In this document: positions 36,767-45,214 of the stretch, piece after piece
Position numbering within the stretch: the stretch's first letter is position 1
How the letters are laid out: each line of letters starts with the position of its first letter
NCBI GenBank assembly: GCA_018263175.1
Contig: JADFDB010000002.1
Coordinates: 1 to 52,142, forward strand
From: Spirochaetota bacterium
GTDB lineage: Bacteria; Spirochaetota; UBA4802; UBA5368
Reading direction: 5' to 3'
Length of the DNA stretch: 52,142 nt
Made by a program: the position numbers and the translations under genes
The notes under the pieces: generated by a model
Seen by the model: only the letters and a program-made list of their open reading frames with translations
Told to the model about the DNA's origin: nothing
Database searches by the model: none

Positions 36767-37102
36767 TCAGCGAACCAGGCGCATCTGGTCGCGGGCGACG
36801 GCCTGCATGACCGACTCGACACAGCCGAAGAAGTCCAGTATGCAGCTCACGCGAAGGCGGTAATAGACCTGGTTGCCGCGTTTTTCGTCGAGGACGATAC
36901 CGGCGTTGCGGAGCACCGAGAGGTGCTTGGATACGGTGGAGGTGTCGGCACCGATGATCTCGGTGAGCTCGCAGACGCAGCGCTCCTCCTTCGCGAGCTC
37001 ATCGATGATGATGAGGCGGCTCGGGTGTGCCATCGCCTTTATTATCCTGGCCCGCGCCTCGTAAAGGGCGAGGCGGTCATTATCGCTCTTCATCGCAGTC
37101 AT
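36767..37102 (-). CDS. arsR: ArsR/SmtB-family metalloregulator
   Basis: HTH ELTEIIGADTSTVSKHLSVLRNAGIV with the CVC As(III)-binding motif (ERCVCEL). The start is ATG 37102 or 37093. The longer ORF to 37165 would run through the putative operator. Confidence 0.85.
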   Translation of the reverse strand: MTAMKSDNDRLALYEARARIIKAMAHPSRLIIIDELAKEERCVCELTEIIGADTSTVSKHLSVLRNAGIVLDEKRGNQVYYRLRVSCILDFFGCVESVMQAVARDQMRLVR

Positions 37103-37271
37103 CCTGTATTTGGCAATATAGCCAAGTAGCCAATATTCCACAATATTTTTTTGTGCCTCTTGCAATTTTTAGCGGACTACAGCTACGAGGATATTTGGCG
37201 GACGTCCTTTTCGGTTTCAGCGGAGAGTGGTGTGCGGGCGATGTACGGGGTCGTTAGCGCGCTCTGCCCGC

Positions 37272-38282
37272 TCAGGCGAGCAGGGGATGGCGGCTGGCCG
37301 CAAGCCGTATGAGACGGCTGCCAAGCTCCCCATAGGAAAGTCCCAGGTGCTCCGCGGCACAGGCCATACTTGCATCGGAGCTTATATCGGGATTGGGGTT
37401 GATATCGAGGATGTAGAATACGCCATTGCGAAGCCGTATGTCAAGCCGTGCGTAATCACGACAGTCGAACGCGTGGAAGCAATCGGCACAGGTCTCTTCG
37501 AGATCGTCGTATTCGGCTTCGGTCAATGTGGCCGGGATCAGGCTTGTGATTATCTCGTAGTGCCTGGACCCCGGGATGAACTTGGCGTCGTAGGTGCACA
37601 GCCGGTCGTGTATGTCGCTGCACTCCGAGAAGTCCATTTCCACGGGCGGAAGCATGAGAAGGGAGCCGTTCCCTATCAGCGAAACATGGAACTCCCGCCC
37701 GTCGATGAAGTCCTCGACGAGGGCGGGCTGATTGAAGCTGCGGTGGATATATCGGATCTGCCGTTCGAGCTCGCGCCGGGTGAGCACGACCGACTCGGAG
37801 CTGATGCCGAGGCTGCAATGTTCGTTGGCGGGTTTGACGATTGCGGGGAAGCAGTTCCAGTCCGCTGCCGATGCTTTTTCGTACACGCCCCAGAGCGGCG
37901 TGGGGAGCCCGCGGGCGGCGAGGGTCTGTTTGACATACTGCTTGTTTTCGCAGTTGCCGATTATCTCGGGCGGAGAGCCGGTGTACACCATGTTGCGCTT
38001 TTCGAGCGCGTGCACCACGGCGGCTTCGCTGTGCGGAACGCCGGGGATTTCCTCGCACAGGTTCATGACGATCCAGTCGGTGGGCTTGTAGCCGGACAGC
38101 GTGCGCTGAAGAGTGTTGCCGTTGATTTCGAGCAGAGAGACGGGATGACCCAGCTCCTCGAGCGAAGAACTAAGGCGCCGTATTTCGGCCGTCTGGCCGT
38201 CTCGTTCGTGTTCTTCCCAGCCGGCATCAAGGTTGTAGATCATGAGAACCGGCAGTTCGGCGGCATCCCTTTGTGAAGGCAT
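37272..38282 (-). CDS. D-alanine--D-alanine ligase-like ATP-grasp protein
   Basis: Ddl-family layout: a pre-ATP-grasp N-domain, AIVKPANEHCSLGIS, EDFIDGREFHV, and ARLDIRL..FYILDINPNP. Confidence 0.8.
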   Translation of the reverse strand: MPSQRDAAELPVLMIYNLDAGWEEHERDGQTAEIRRLSSSLEELGHPVSLLEINGNTLQRTLSGYKPTDWIVMNLCEEIPGVPHSEAAVVHALEKRNMVYTGSPPEIIGNCENKQYVKQTLAARGLPTPLWGVYEKASAADWNCFPAIVKPANEHCSLGISSESVVLTRRELERQIRYIHRSFNQPALVEDFIDGREFHVSLIGNGSLLMLPPVEMDFSECSDIHDRLCTYDAKFIPGSRHYEIITSLIPATLTEAEYDDLEETCADCFHAFDCRDYARLDIRLRNGVFYILDINPNPDISSDASMACAAEHLGLSYGELGSRLIRLAASRHPLLA

Positions 38283-38515
38283 TCTCCTCCCGACGCGCGC
38301 ATCGAGAACCTGCCCCGGACATCAGGTTCTCGCGTCATTATTAAAGAGACATAATGCTTCCCTTGTAGCGGGAAAGCTTTTTCATGTCAAGGCTAATTGG
38401 ATGTCGGGCCGTATTTTACTCATATTTTTTTATAGTGTGCGCGTGCGCCCGCGTGCACTGAAAATTTCTTGAATGCTTTCCGCCCGTGGTTTATGGTCGG
38501 GGACGGAGGCGGCGG

Positions 38516-40858
38516 ATGAACGTGCTGGAATCGAAAGTGGAGTCGCTGGTGCTTCAGAGCGGCGGCATGGAGCTCATGTATGGGCCGCGCGAGAAGACCG
38601 GTGTACTCGTGGTCGAGAGCTTCCCGGCGCTCGGGCGGCTGGCGGCGCTGCGCTTTATCGAGTGGGTCCAGGACAATCCCGGCGGCGTGATAGCGCTCCC
38701 GACCGGTAAGACACCCGAGTATTTCATCAAGTGGACAAAGCATTTTCTCGCGACGTGGAACGAGGAAGCGACGGCGCGCGCGCTCGAGGCGGGGGGCGTC
38801 GATCCGGCCCGCGTCCCGGACCTTCAAAGCCTCCATTTTGTCCAGATCGACGAATTTTACCCGATCGAACCCGCCCATCACAACAGCTTCCATCATTACG
38901 TAAGCACCTACTATATCGACGGTTTCGGCCTCGATCCAGGGAAGGCGCTGCTTATCGACTGCTCGCGCATCGGCCTTCCCGCCAGCCGGGGGCTCGAAAC
39001 GGTATGGCCGGAGTTGACGGTAGACCTGTCGCTTCGTTTGAGGCATGCGAAGAGCGCCACGGAACGGCTGCAGAAAGACGTGCTGCTGCGGATCGATCAG
39101 TGGTGCCATGATTACGAGGAGCGCATACGCTCCTTGGGCGGCATCGGCTTTTTCATGGGCGGGATCGGCCCGGATGGCCATATCGCCTTCAACATGAGGG
39201 GCTCGGACCACCATTCCACCACGCGCCTCACCGAGACGAATTACGAGACCCAGGCGGCCTCCGCGACCGACCTCGGCGGTATCGAGGTGGCGAAGAAGCG
39301 CCTCGTCATCACCATGGGTCTTGCCACCATCACGGCCAATCGGGACTGCGTCGCCGTGATCATGGTCGCCGGCGAGGCCAGGGCGGCCGTGGTACGCGAC
39401 GCGGTGGAGGCGGAGACGGGGCTTCTCCATCCGGCCACGGCGCTTCGCGCTCTGCCCGCGGCGAGGCTCTATGTGACCGGCGGCGCGGCGGCGCTCCTGG
39501 AAGAGAGACGATTCAGGGCCTTCGTCGCGAAGAAGGAGCCCGGACCGGCCGATATAGAACGCGTGGTGCTCGACCTCTCCCTGCGCCTCGGCAAGCCGGT
39601 TGCCGAGCTGGACGGCGCCGATTTCGCGGCCGACCGCTTCGGTGCGCTCCTGCCGTCGAAGACCGCCACGGAGCCCCGGGAGATCGCGGGCGTCGTTGCA
39701 GAGCGCCTGCGGGTGAAAATCGACGAGGGTGCCCGTACGGCCTCGGGTATGCGCTTTCTCCACACGGCGCCGCACCACGACGACATCATCCTGGGCTATC
39801 TGCCCTATGCCGTACGCCATATCCGCGACGCGTCGAACCGGCACGATTTCGCGTACATGACCTCCGGCTTCAACGCCGTCACCAACCGCCACGCGCTCTC
39901 ACTCGTGCGCACGCTCTGCGGCCTTCTGTCCGAGGGGCGCTTCGATGCCCTTATACGAGAGGGCTATTTCAGCCCCGACAACGTTTACGGCCGGCGGCGT
40001 GACGTGTGGCAGTACCTCGACGGCGTGGCGGAGGACCAGCGCGGGACGCGCGACGAGGGGGCCGCGCGGCGCATGCTCCGCAACCTCATCGAGATTTACG
40101 AGGACGGAGACATCGAGAACCTGCGTCACCGCATCAACGAACTGGTCAACTATTTCGAGACGCAGTATCCCGGCAAGAAGGACCTGCCCTACATACAGAA
40201 GTTCAAGGGCATGATCCGCGAGTGGGAATCGGACTGCAAATGGGGCTATCTCGGCTTCGACAGCGCCTCGATCCATCACCTGCGTCTCGGCTTTTATCAG
40301 GGCGAGCTCTTTACCGAGGAGCCGCTCGAAGAGCGCGACGCGCTTCCGGTGCTCCGGCTCCTGCGCGAGGTGCGGCCCGACGTGGTGACCGTGGCCTTCG
40401 ATCCGGAGGGGAGCGGGCCCGACACCCATTACAAGGTGCTGCAGGCGCTTTCGGCGGCGCTCCGGCTCTATGAAGCGGAGAGCGGCCGGACGGATCTCGA
40501 GGTGATCGGCTATCGAAACGTCTGGTATCGCTTCCACCCCTCCGAGGCGGACGTCTTCGTTCCCGTCTCGCTCAATATGTTCGCGGTGCTCCGGAACACC
40601 TTCGAAAACGCCTTCGTCTCGCAGGCCGACGCGTCGTTTCCGAGCTATGAGCACGAAGGCACCTTCGCCGAGCTCGCCCAGCGCATCCAGGTGGAGCAGT
40701 ACCGCATGGTAAAGACCTGTCTGGGGCGGAGCTACTTCTATGAACATACGAGTCCGCTGCTCCGCGCCACGCGGGGATTCGTCTTTTTACGGCGCATGCC
40801 GCTTGCCGAGTTCTATGCCTCAGCGCGCGCGATACGGCGCACGGCCGAGGAGAAGTAG
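38516..40858 (+). CDS. fusion: glucosamine-6-phosphate deaminase/isomerase (NagB)-like N-domain plus LmbE/PIG-L-type deacetylase-like domain
   Basis: ALPTGKTPEYF and GIGPDGHIAFN (NagB family), then HTAPHHDDIILG (PIG-L/LmbE motif). ATG 38516 is preceded by GGAGG. Confidence 0.85.
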   Translation: MNVLESKVESLVLQSGGMELMYGPREKTGVLVVESFPALGRLAALRFIEWVQDNPGGVIALPTGKTPEYFIKWTKHFLATWNEEATARALEAGGVDPARVPDLQSLHFVQIDEFYPIEPAHHNSFHHYVSTYYIDGFGLDPGKALLIDCSRIGLPASRGLETVWPELTVDLSLRLRHAKSATERLQKDVLLRIDQWCHDYEERIRSLGGIGFFMGGIGPDGHIAFNMRGSDHHSTTRLTETNYETQAASATDLGGIEVAKKRLVITMGLATITANRDCVAVIMVAGEARAAVVRDAVEAETGLLHPATALRALPAARLYVTGGAAALLEERRFRAFVAKKEPGPADIERVVLDLSLRLGKPVAELDGADFAADRFGALLPSKTATEPREIAGVVAERLRVKIDEGARTASGMRFLHTAPHHDDIILGYLPYAVRHIRDASNRHDFAYMTSGFNAVTNRHALSLVRTLCGLLSEGRFDALIREGYFSPDNVYGRRRDVWQYLDGVAEDQRGTRDEGAARRMLRNLIEIYEDGDIENLRHRINELVNYFETQYPGKKDLPYIQKFKGMIREWESDCKWGYLGFDSASIHHLRLGFYQGELFTEEPLEERDALPVLRLLREVRPDVVTVAFDPEGSGPDTHYKVLQALSAALRLYEAESGRTDLEVIGYRNVWYRFHPSEADVFVPVSLNMFAVLRNTFENAFVSQADASFPSYEHEGTFAELAQRIQVEQYRMVKTCLGRSYFYEHTSPLLRATRGFVFLRRMPLAEFYASARAIRRTAEEK

Positions 40859-40864
40859 CCGGCG

Positions 40865-42208
40865 ATGAAACCGGCGACGGCCATCCTCCTCGGTGCGGGG
40901 GACCGCGGTGCGATCTACGCGGCCTATGCACTCCGGCATTCCGACCGATTCCGAATCGTCGCGATCGCGGAGCCGGTCGCGGAGCGGAGACGGCACGCGG
41001 CCGGGCTTCACGGCATTCCGGAGGCGAACACGTTTGAATCGTGGGAGGAGCTTCTGGCCCGGCCGCGCATGGCCGACGGGGCGATCATCGCGACCCAGGA
41101 CGCGATGCATACGGCCCCGGCGGTGCGCGCGCTCGGCCTCGGCTACCACGTGCTTCTCGAAAAACCTATGGCGCTGTCGGAGGCCGACTGCCGGAGCATC
41201 GTAGGCGCGGCGGAGGCGTCGGGGCGGGCCCTCTGCGTCTGTCACGTGCTGCGCTACACGGCCCTTTTCCGTACCGTGAAGGAAATATTCGACGCGGGGA
41301 CGATCGGGCGCGTCCTTTCCATCTGCCATGCAGAGAACGTCGCCTATTACCACATGGCGCACTCCTACGTGCGCGGCAACTGGCGCAGGAGCAATGAATC
41401 CTCACCGATGATACTCGCAAAATGCAGTCACGATCTGGATCTGTTGTACTGGTTCGCGGGAAGCCCCCCGCGCTCGATCGCCTCGGCCGGCGGCCTGCAT
41501 CATTTCACCGCGGCAAACGCCCCGCGGAGGGCGCCCGGCCGCTGTACCGACGGTTGTCCCGCCGCAGACGAATGCCTGTACGAGGCCGTCGCGACCTATC
41601 TCCACGGTGTGCCGCTTAAAAAAGCGCTTGCGATGATGAACGCGGGTGCGATCTCGGTCGCGGCGAAAATGCTTCTCGGCGCGCCGGGGCTTTCGCGCAT
41701 CATCCCCGGCCTGCGCTCCTACGTGCGCTGGAGAGAATGGCCGACCTCGACGATCACCGACGACCTCTCGGAAGCGGGCGTACTGCGGGCGCTTCGTGAG
41801 GGGCCGTACGGGCGCTGCGTGTACCGCTGCGACAATGACCAGATGGACCATCAGGAGACGATGATCGAGTTTGAAAACGGTGTTACGGCAGTATTGCGGA
41901 TGCACGGGCTTTCGGCGATGGAGGCTCGTACGCTCCGGATCGACGGGAGCGCGGGCACCCTGCGGGCGAGTTTCGGCGCCGGCGGAGCCCTGGAGGTCGA
42001 TCTGCACGGTTCGTCCAGAGTGAACCGGTACAAAGTGAAGACGGACCTCCTCGGCCACTCCGAGGGGGACGAGGGTATCATGGAGAATTTCGTGGCGGTC
42101 CTCACCGGCGGGTGCAGCCTGACCTCGGCGCGCGAATCGCTCCAGAGCCACCTCATGGCCTTCGCCGCCGACCGCGCGCGGCTGGAGGGACGGGTCGTGC
42201 GATTCTGA
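40865..42208 (+). CDS. Gfo/Idh/MocA-family oxidoreductase
   Basis: N-terminal Rossmann LLGAGDRGAIY and the EKPMALS signature. 447 aa. Confidence 0.85.
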   Translation: MKPATAILLGAGDRGAIYAAYALRHSDRFRIVAIAEPVAERRRHAAGLHGIPEANTFESWEELLARPRMADGAIIATQDAMHTAPAVRALGLGYHVLLEKPMALSEADCRSIVGAAEASGRALCVCHVLRYTALFRTVKEIFDAGTIGRVLSICHAENVAYYHMAHSYVRGNWRRSNESSPMILAKCSHDLDLLYWFAGSPPRSIASAGGLHHFTAANAPRRAPGRCTDGCPAADECLYEAVATYLHGVPLKKALAMMNAGAISVAAKMLLGAPGLSRIIPGLRSYVRWREWPTSTITDDLSEAGVLRALREGPYGRCVYRCDNDQMDHQETMIEFENGVTAVLRMHGLSAMEARTLRIDGSAGTLRASFGAGGALEVDLHGSSRVNRYKVKTDLLGHSEGDEGIMENFVAVLTGGCSLTSARESLQSHLMAFAADRARLEGRVVRF

Positions 42209-42293
42209 GGCATCGGCATCTCGCCGGGCTTTTCCATAATGCAAGCGGTCGGCGCAACGGCATTCCGCTCTACGAAGGCGCGCGGGCCATTTC

Positions 42294-42334
42294 GTAACGA
42301 TGTTACTATTATTGTTGATATTCGTAACATTGTT
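42294..42334 (+). promoter_or_regulatory. operator-like direct repeat (two TTCGTAAC-N-ATGTT boxes)
   Basis: GTAACGATGTTAC palindrome at 42294..42306, and a second TTCGTAACATTGTT box at 42321..42334, 30 bp apart. Both sit in the AT-rich region upstream of the acyl-CoA synthetase/MaoC/TetR genes. Confidence 0.3.
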
Positions 42335-42358
42335 TTTTTATTGACAAATTGTATATAG

Positions 42359-42440
42359 TGGAGTTATTGTACAACTTGGGACGAGGACCGGTTTCCCCCC
42401 GCCTTCGGCGGGGGAAGCCCGATAGTTTGGGCGATTCAGG
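42359..42440 (+). repeat. extragenic palindromic repeat family, copy R5
   Basis: TGGAGTTATTGTACAACTTGGGACGAGGACCGG, then hairpin TTCCCCCCGCC-TTC-GGCGGGGGAA (42393..42416), then GCCCGATAGTTTGGGCGATTCAGG. Confidence 0.75.
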
Positions 42441-42445
42441 TCTAT

Positions 42446-42496
42446 TGGAGTTATTGCATAACCTGGAGCGAGGACCGTTTTCCCCCGCCTTCGGCG
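42446..42496 (+). repeat. extragenic palindromic repeat family, copy R6 (tandem to R5, hairpin truncated)
   Basis: TGGAGTTATTGCATAACCTGGAGCGAGGACCG plus TTTTCCCCCGCC-TTC-GGCG, then divergence. It starts 87 bp after R5. Confidence 0.7.
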
Positions 42497-42666
42497 TAAG
42501 TACCGCGGAGTATAGTTCATTACGAGGTTCTTCCCCGTGCGGGCGAAAAGGGTGGGAGCGCAGGGGTGGAATAACCGGGCATTCAGGGTGCAGCGTCGGC
42601 ATGGCCGCCTGTTCCACTATGGGGCCGGTGCGGCGCGAAGCGCGATAAACAGACAAGGAGGATCGC

Positions 42667-44259
42667 ATGAACTGGAAGAAGCTTAATCTGACCTGGCAGT
42701 ACGTCGAGAAATGGGCCGCCGAGACGCCGGACGCCGAGGCACTCGTGTTCGAAGAGACGCGACTCTCCTGGAGCGGATTCAAGAAGAACATGGACCTTGT
42801 CGCGAAGGCCTTCATCGAGGCCGGCGTGAAAAAGGGTGATCGCGTGGCCACGCTCGCCATGGCGCGCACTGAATTCCCGGTGACCTACATGGCCGCCAAT
42901 AAGATCGGGGCCATCTGGCTCGGGCTCAATCCAAAGTTTACGCTCGACGAGCTGCGCTATCAGGTGAACGATTCGCAGCCGACGGTGCTCGTGGCGGTTC
43001 GCGAATTCATGGGGAACGATCTTTCCGAGACGATCCGCGCCCTCGCGAAGGGATGCCCTTCGATCAAAAAACTCCTCGTGATCGGCGAACCGGTGGAAGG
43101 GGCCGAATCGTACGCCGGGTACGTCGAAAGGCCACGGAAGGAGCTCGACGCCGAGCTCGAGAAGCGCGCCGCCGCGGTCGAGGAACACGACAGTGCGCTC
43201 CTCATGTACACGTCCGGCTCGACCGGGAAGCCGAAGGGCGTGGTGCACACCCATTACAGCATCATCGAGAACATCAAGGTCGAGGTAAAAAAATTTCATT
43301 TCCGCGAGGGCGGCAGGGCGCTGTTGCATTTCCCGATCAACCATGTCGCCGCCGACGTCGAGATAGGCTATGCCGCCATCATGGTCGGCGGATGCCTCGT
43401 CTGCATGGACCGCTTCGATCCGGCGGCGACGCTCGCGATGGTCGAAAAGGAAAAGTTGCACGTGATCGGCCAGGTGCCGGTGATGTTTTTATTAGAGATG
43501 ATGCAGCCCAATTTCAAGGAGGTCGACTGGACGAGCATAGAGCTTTTCGCATGGGCCGGCTCGGCCGCACCCAGGGCGATGATCGAGGCGCTCTCGGCGA
43601 TCTGCAAAAAAACCGGGGCGAATCTCATCACCGGGTACGGTAGTACCGAGGTCTGCGGGTTCGTGACCTACACGGAGAAGGGCGACGACGAGGCGACCCT
43701 GCTCTCCACGGCCGGGAAGATCGCGCCGCCGTTCGAGCTCAGGATCGTCGACGACGCGCGCAAGGAGCTTCCCGACGGCGAGATCGGCGAGATCGCGGTG
43801 CGTGGCGCCTTTATGTTCAAGGAGTATTTTAACAATCCCTCGGCCACCGCCGAGGTGCTCGATAAGGACGGATGGTATTACACGAGCGACCTTGCGTTCA
43901 GGGACGAGCGCGGCTACATCCACATCACGGGCAGGAAATCGGAGATGTTCAAGACCGGCGGCGAGAACGTCTACCCGCGCGAGGTCGAAGAGGTGATCGA
44001 ATCGCAGGATGCCGTGCTCTTCGCGGCGGTTATGGGCGTGCCCGACGAGCTCTATCAGGAGGTTGGCTGGGCCTTCGTGATGCCGACGCCCGGCAAAGCC
44101 GTCACCGAGGAGGAGCTGCGCGAGTACTGTAAGCCGAAGCTCGCCAACTACAAACAGCCGAAGAAGTACTTCATTCGCCCGCTCCTGCCCCTCCTTGCCA
44201 ACGGCAAGGTGAACAAGCTCGCGCTCCGGGACGAGATCAACGAGATGCTGAAAAAATAG
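42667..44259 (+). CDS. acyl-CoA synthetase (AMP-forming, ANL superfamily)
   Basis: MYTSGSTGKPKGV, GYGSTE, YYTSDLA and the C-terminal GKVNK lysine motif. AAGGAGGA SD. Confidence 0.9.
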   Translation: MNWKKLNLTWQYVEKWAAETPDAEALVFEETRLSWSGFKKNMDLVAKAFIEAGVKKGDRVATLAMARTEFPVTYMAANKIGAIWLGLNPKFTLDELRYQVNDSQPTVLVAVREFMGNDLSETIRALAKGCPSIKKLLVIGEPVEGAESYAGYVERPRKELDAELEKRAAAVEEHDSALLMYTSGSTGKPKGVVHTHYSIIENIKVEVKKFHFREGGRALLHFPINHVAADVEIGYAAIMVGGCLVCMDRFDPAATLAMVEKEKLHVIGQVPVMFLLEMMQPNFKEVDWTSIELFAWAGSAAPRAMIEALSAICKKTGANLITGYGSTEVCGFVTYTEKGDDEATLLSTAGKIAPPFELRIVDDARKELPDGEIGEIAVRGAFMFKEYFNNPSATAEVLDKDGWYYTSDLAFRDERGYIHITGRKSEMFKTGGENVYPREVEEVIESQDAVLFAAVMGVPDELYQEVGWAFVMPTPGKAVTEEELREYCKPKLANYKQPKKYFIRPLLPLLANGKVNKLALRDEINEMLKK

Positions 44260-44266
44260 AGGGGAT

Positions 44267-45142
44267 ATGAAGCTCGATTCATCATTTGTGGGAACCCCCC
44301 TGAGGGAATACGGGACCGCCGTAAGCTGGCGCAGCACGATGAATTACGCGGCGGCGATCGACGACGAAAACCCGCTGTATTTCGACGACGAGGGAGGCAG
44401 GGCGGTCATCGCGCCGCCGATGTTTGCGGTGGCGCTGACCTGGCCTATCTCGGAGCGCATCTGGGAGTTTATCGAGGACAAAAATTTCCCCGTGGATATC
44501 ATCAAGACCCAGGTGCACTACACCGAGCATCTGGCCTTTCACCGTCCGGTGCGTCCGGGGGACGAGCTGACGATCAGGGGACGGGTGGCGGCCATCATGC
44601 CGCACCGCGCCGGTACGGTCACCGTCATCCGCTTCGACGCGCTCGACCGCGAAGGGCTGCCGGTCTTTACCGAGCACATAGGGGCGATGATGCGCGGTGT
44701 CGAGTGTGTTGGAGAAGGCCGCGGCGGGGAGGACATCCCGCTCGTGCCCTCCCATGGGAACGACACGCCCGCGCGATGGGAGCGCATTGTACGGATCGAC
44801 CGAATGCGCCCGTTCGTCTATGACGGCTGTACGAACATCGTTTTCCCCATTCATACCTCGGTGGGTTTTGCGCGTATGGTCGGGCTTCCGGACATCATAC
44901 TCCAGGGCACGGCGACGCTCGCCTACGCCGCGCGCGAGATGGCGGATCGCGAGGCAGGCGGTGATTCCCGGAAAATAAAGGAGCTCGCGTGCCGCTTTAC
45001 CGGCATGGTGGTCCCGCCGGGAGACATCCGCGTGCGGCTTACGGACAGGCGCGAACGCGGCGACGGCGCCGACCTCTTCTTCGAGGTGCATGGAGACGGG
45101 GGTCGTGTGCTCTCGAACGGCTATGCGCGCGTCGCCGGCTGA
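44267..45142 (+). CDS. MaoC-like double-hotdog (de)hydratase
   Basis: Two hotdog-fold halves (NPLYFDDE.. N-half; PIHTSVGFARMVGLPDIILQG C-half). Lies 7 nt downstream of the synthetase gene. Confidence 0.8.
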   Translation: MKLDSSFVGTPLREYGTAVSWRSTMNYAAAIDDENPLYFDDEGGRAVIAPPMFAVALTWPISERIWEFIEDKNFPVDIIKTQVHYTEHLAFHRPVRPGDELTIRGRVAAIMPHRAGTVTVIRFDALDREGLPVFTEHIGAMMRGVECVGEGRGGEDIPLVPSHGNDTPARWERIVRIDRMRPFVYDGCTNIVFPIHTSVGFARMVGLPDIILQGTATLAYAAREMADREAGGDSRKIKELACRFTGMVVPPGDIRVRLTDRRERGDGADLFFEVHGDGGRVLSNGYARVAG

Positions 45143-45214
45143 ACCATACGAAAAAGTTCGCGCGGGCCCAAAAGAGGGTTGAGACTTTCGGCGGGAATAC
45201 GGATAGTGCGCCTC

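Noticed and set aside
38420-39892. A 490-aa ORF on the minus strand. Similar long ORFs occur at 1796..3061(-), 19622..20800(+), 35904..36863(+), 37227..38276(+), 44282..45757(-), 49071..50714(-) and 51050..51991(-).
   Set aside because: Each is antisense to a gene with clear family motifs (NagB, HMGL, AraC, permease, Ddl-like, MaoC/TetR, HD-GYP/rhomboid, PaaK). Their translations are Arg/Gly/Pro/Ala-rich and low in complexity, with no recognisable motifs. This is the expected shadow-ORF artefact of GC-rich DNA.
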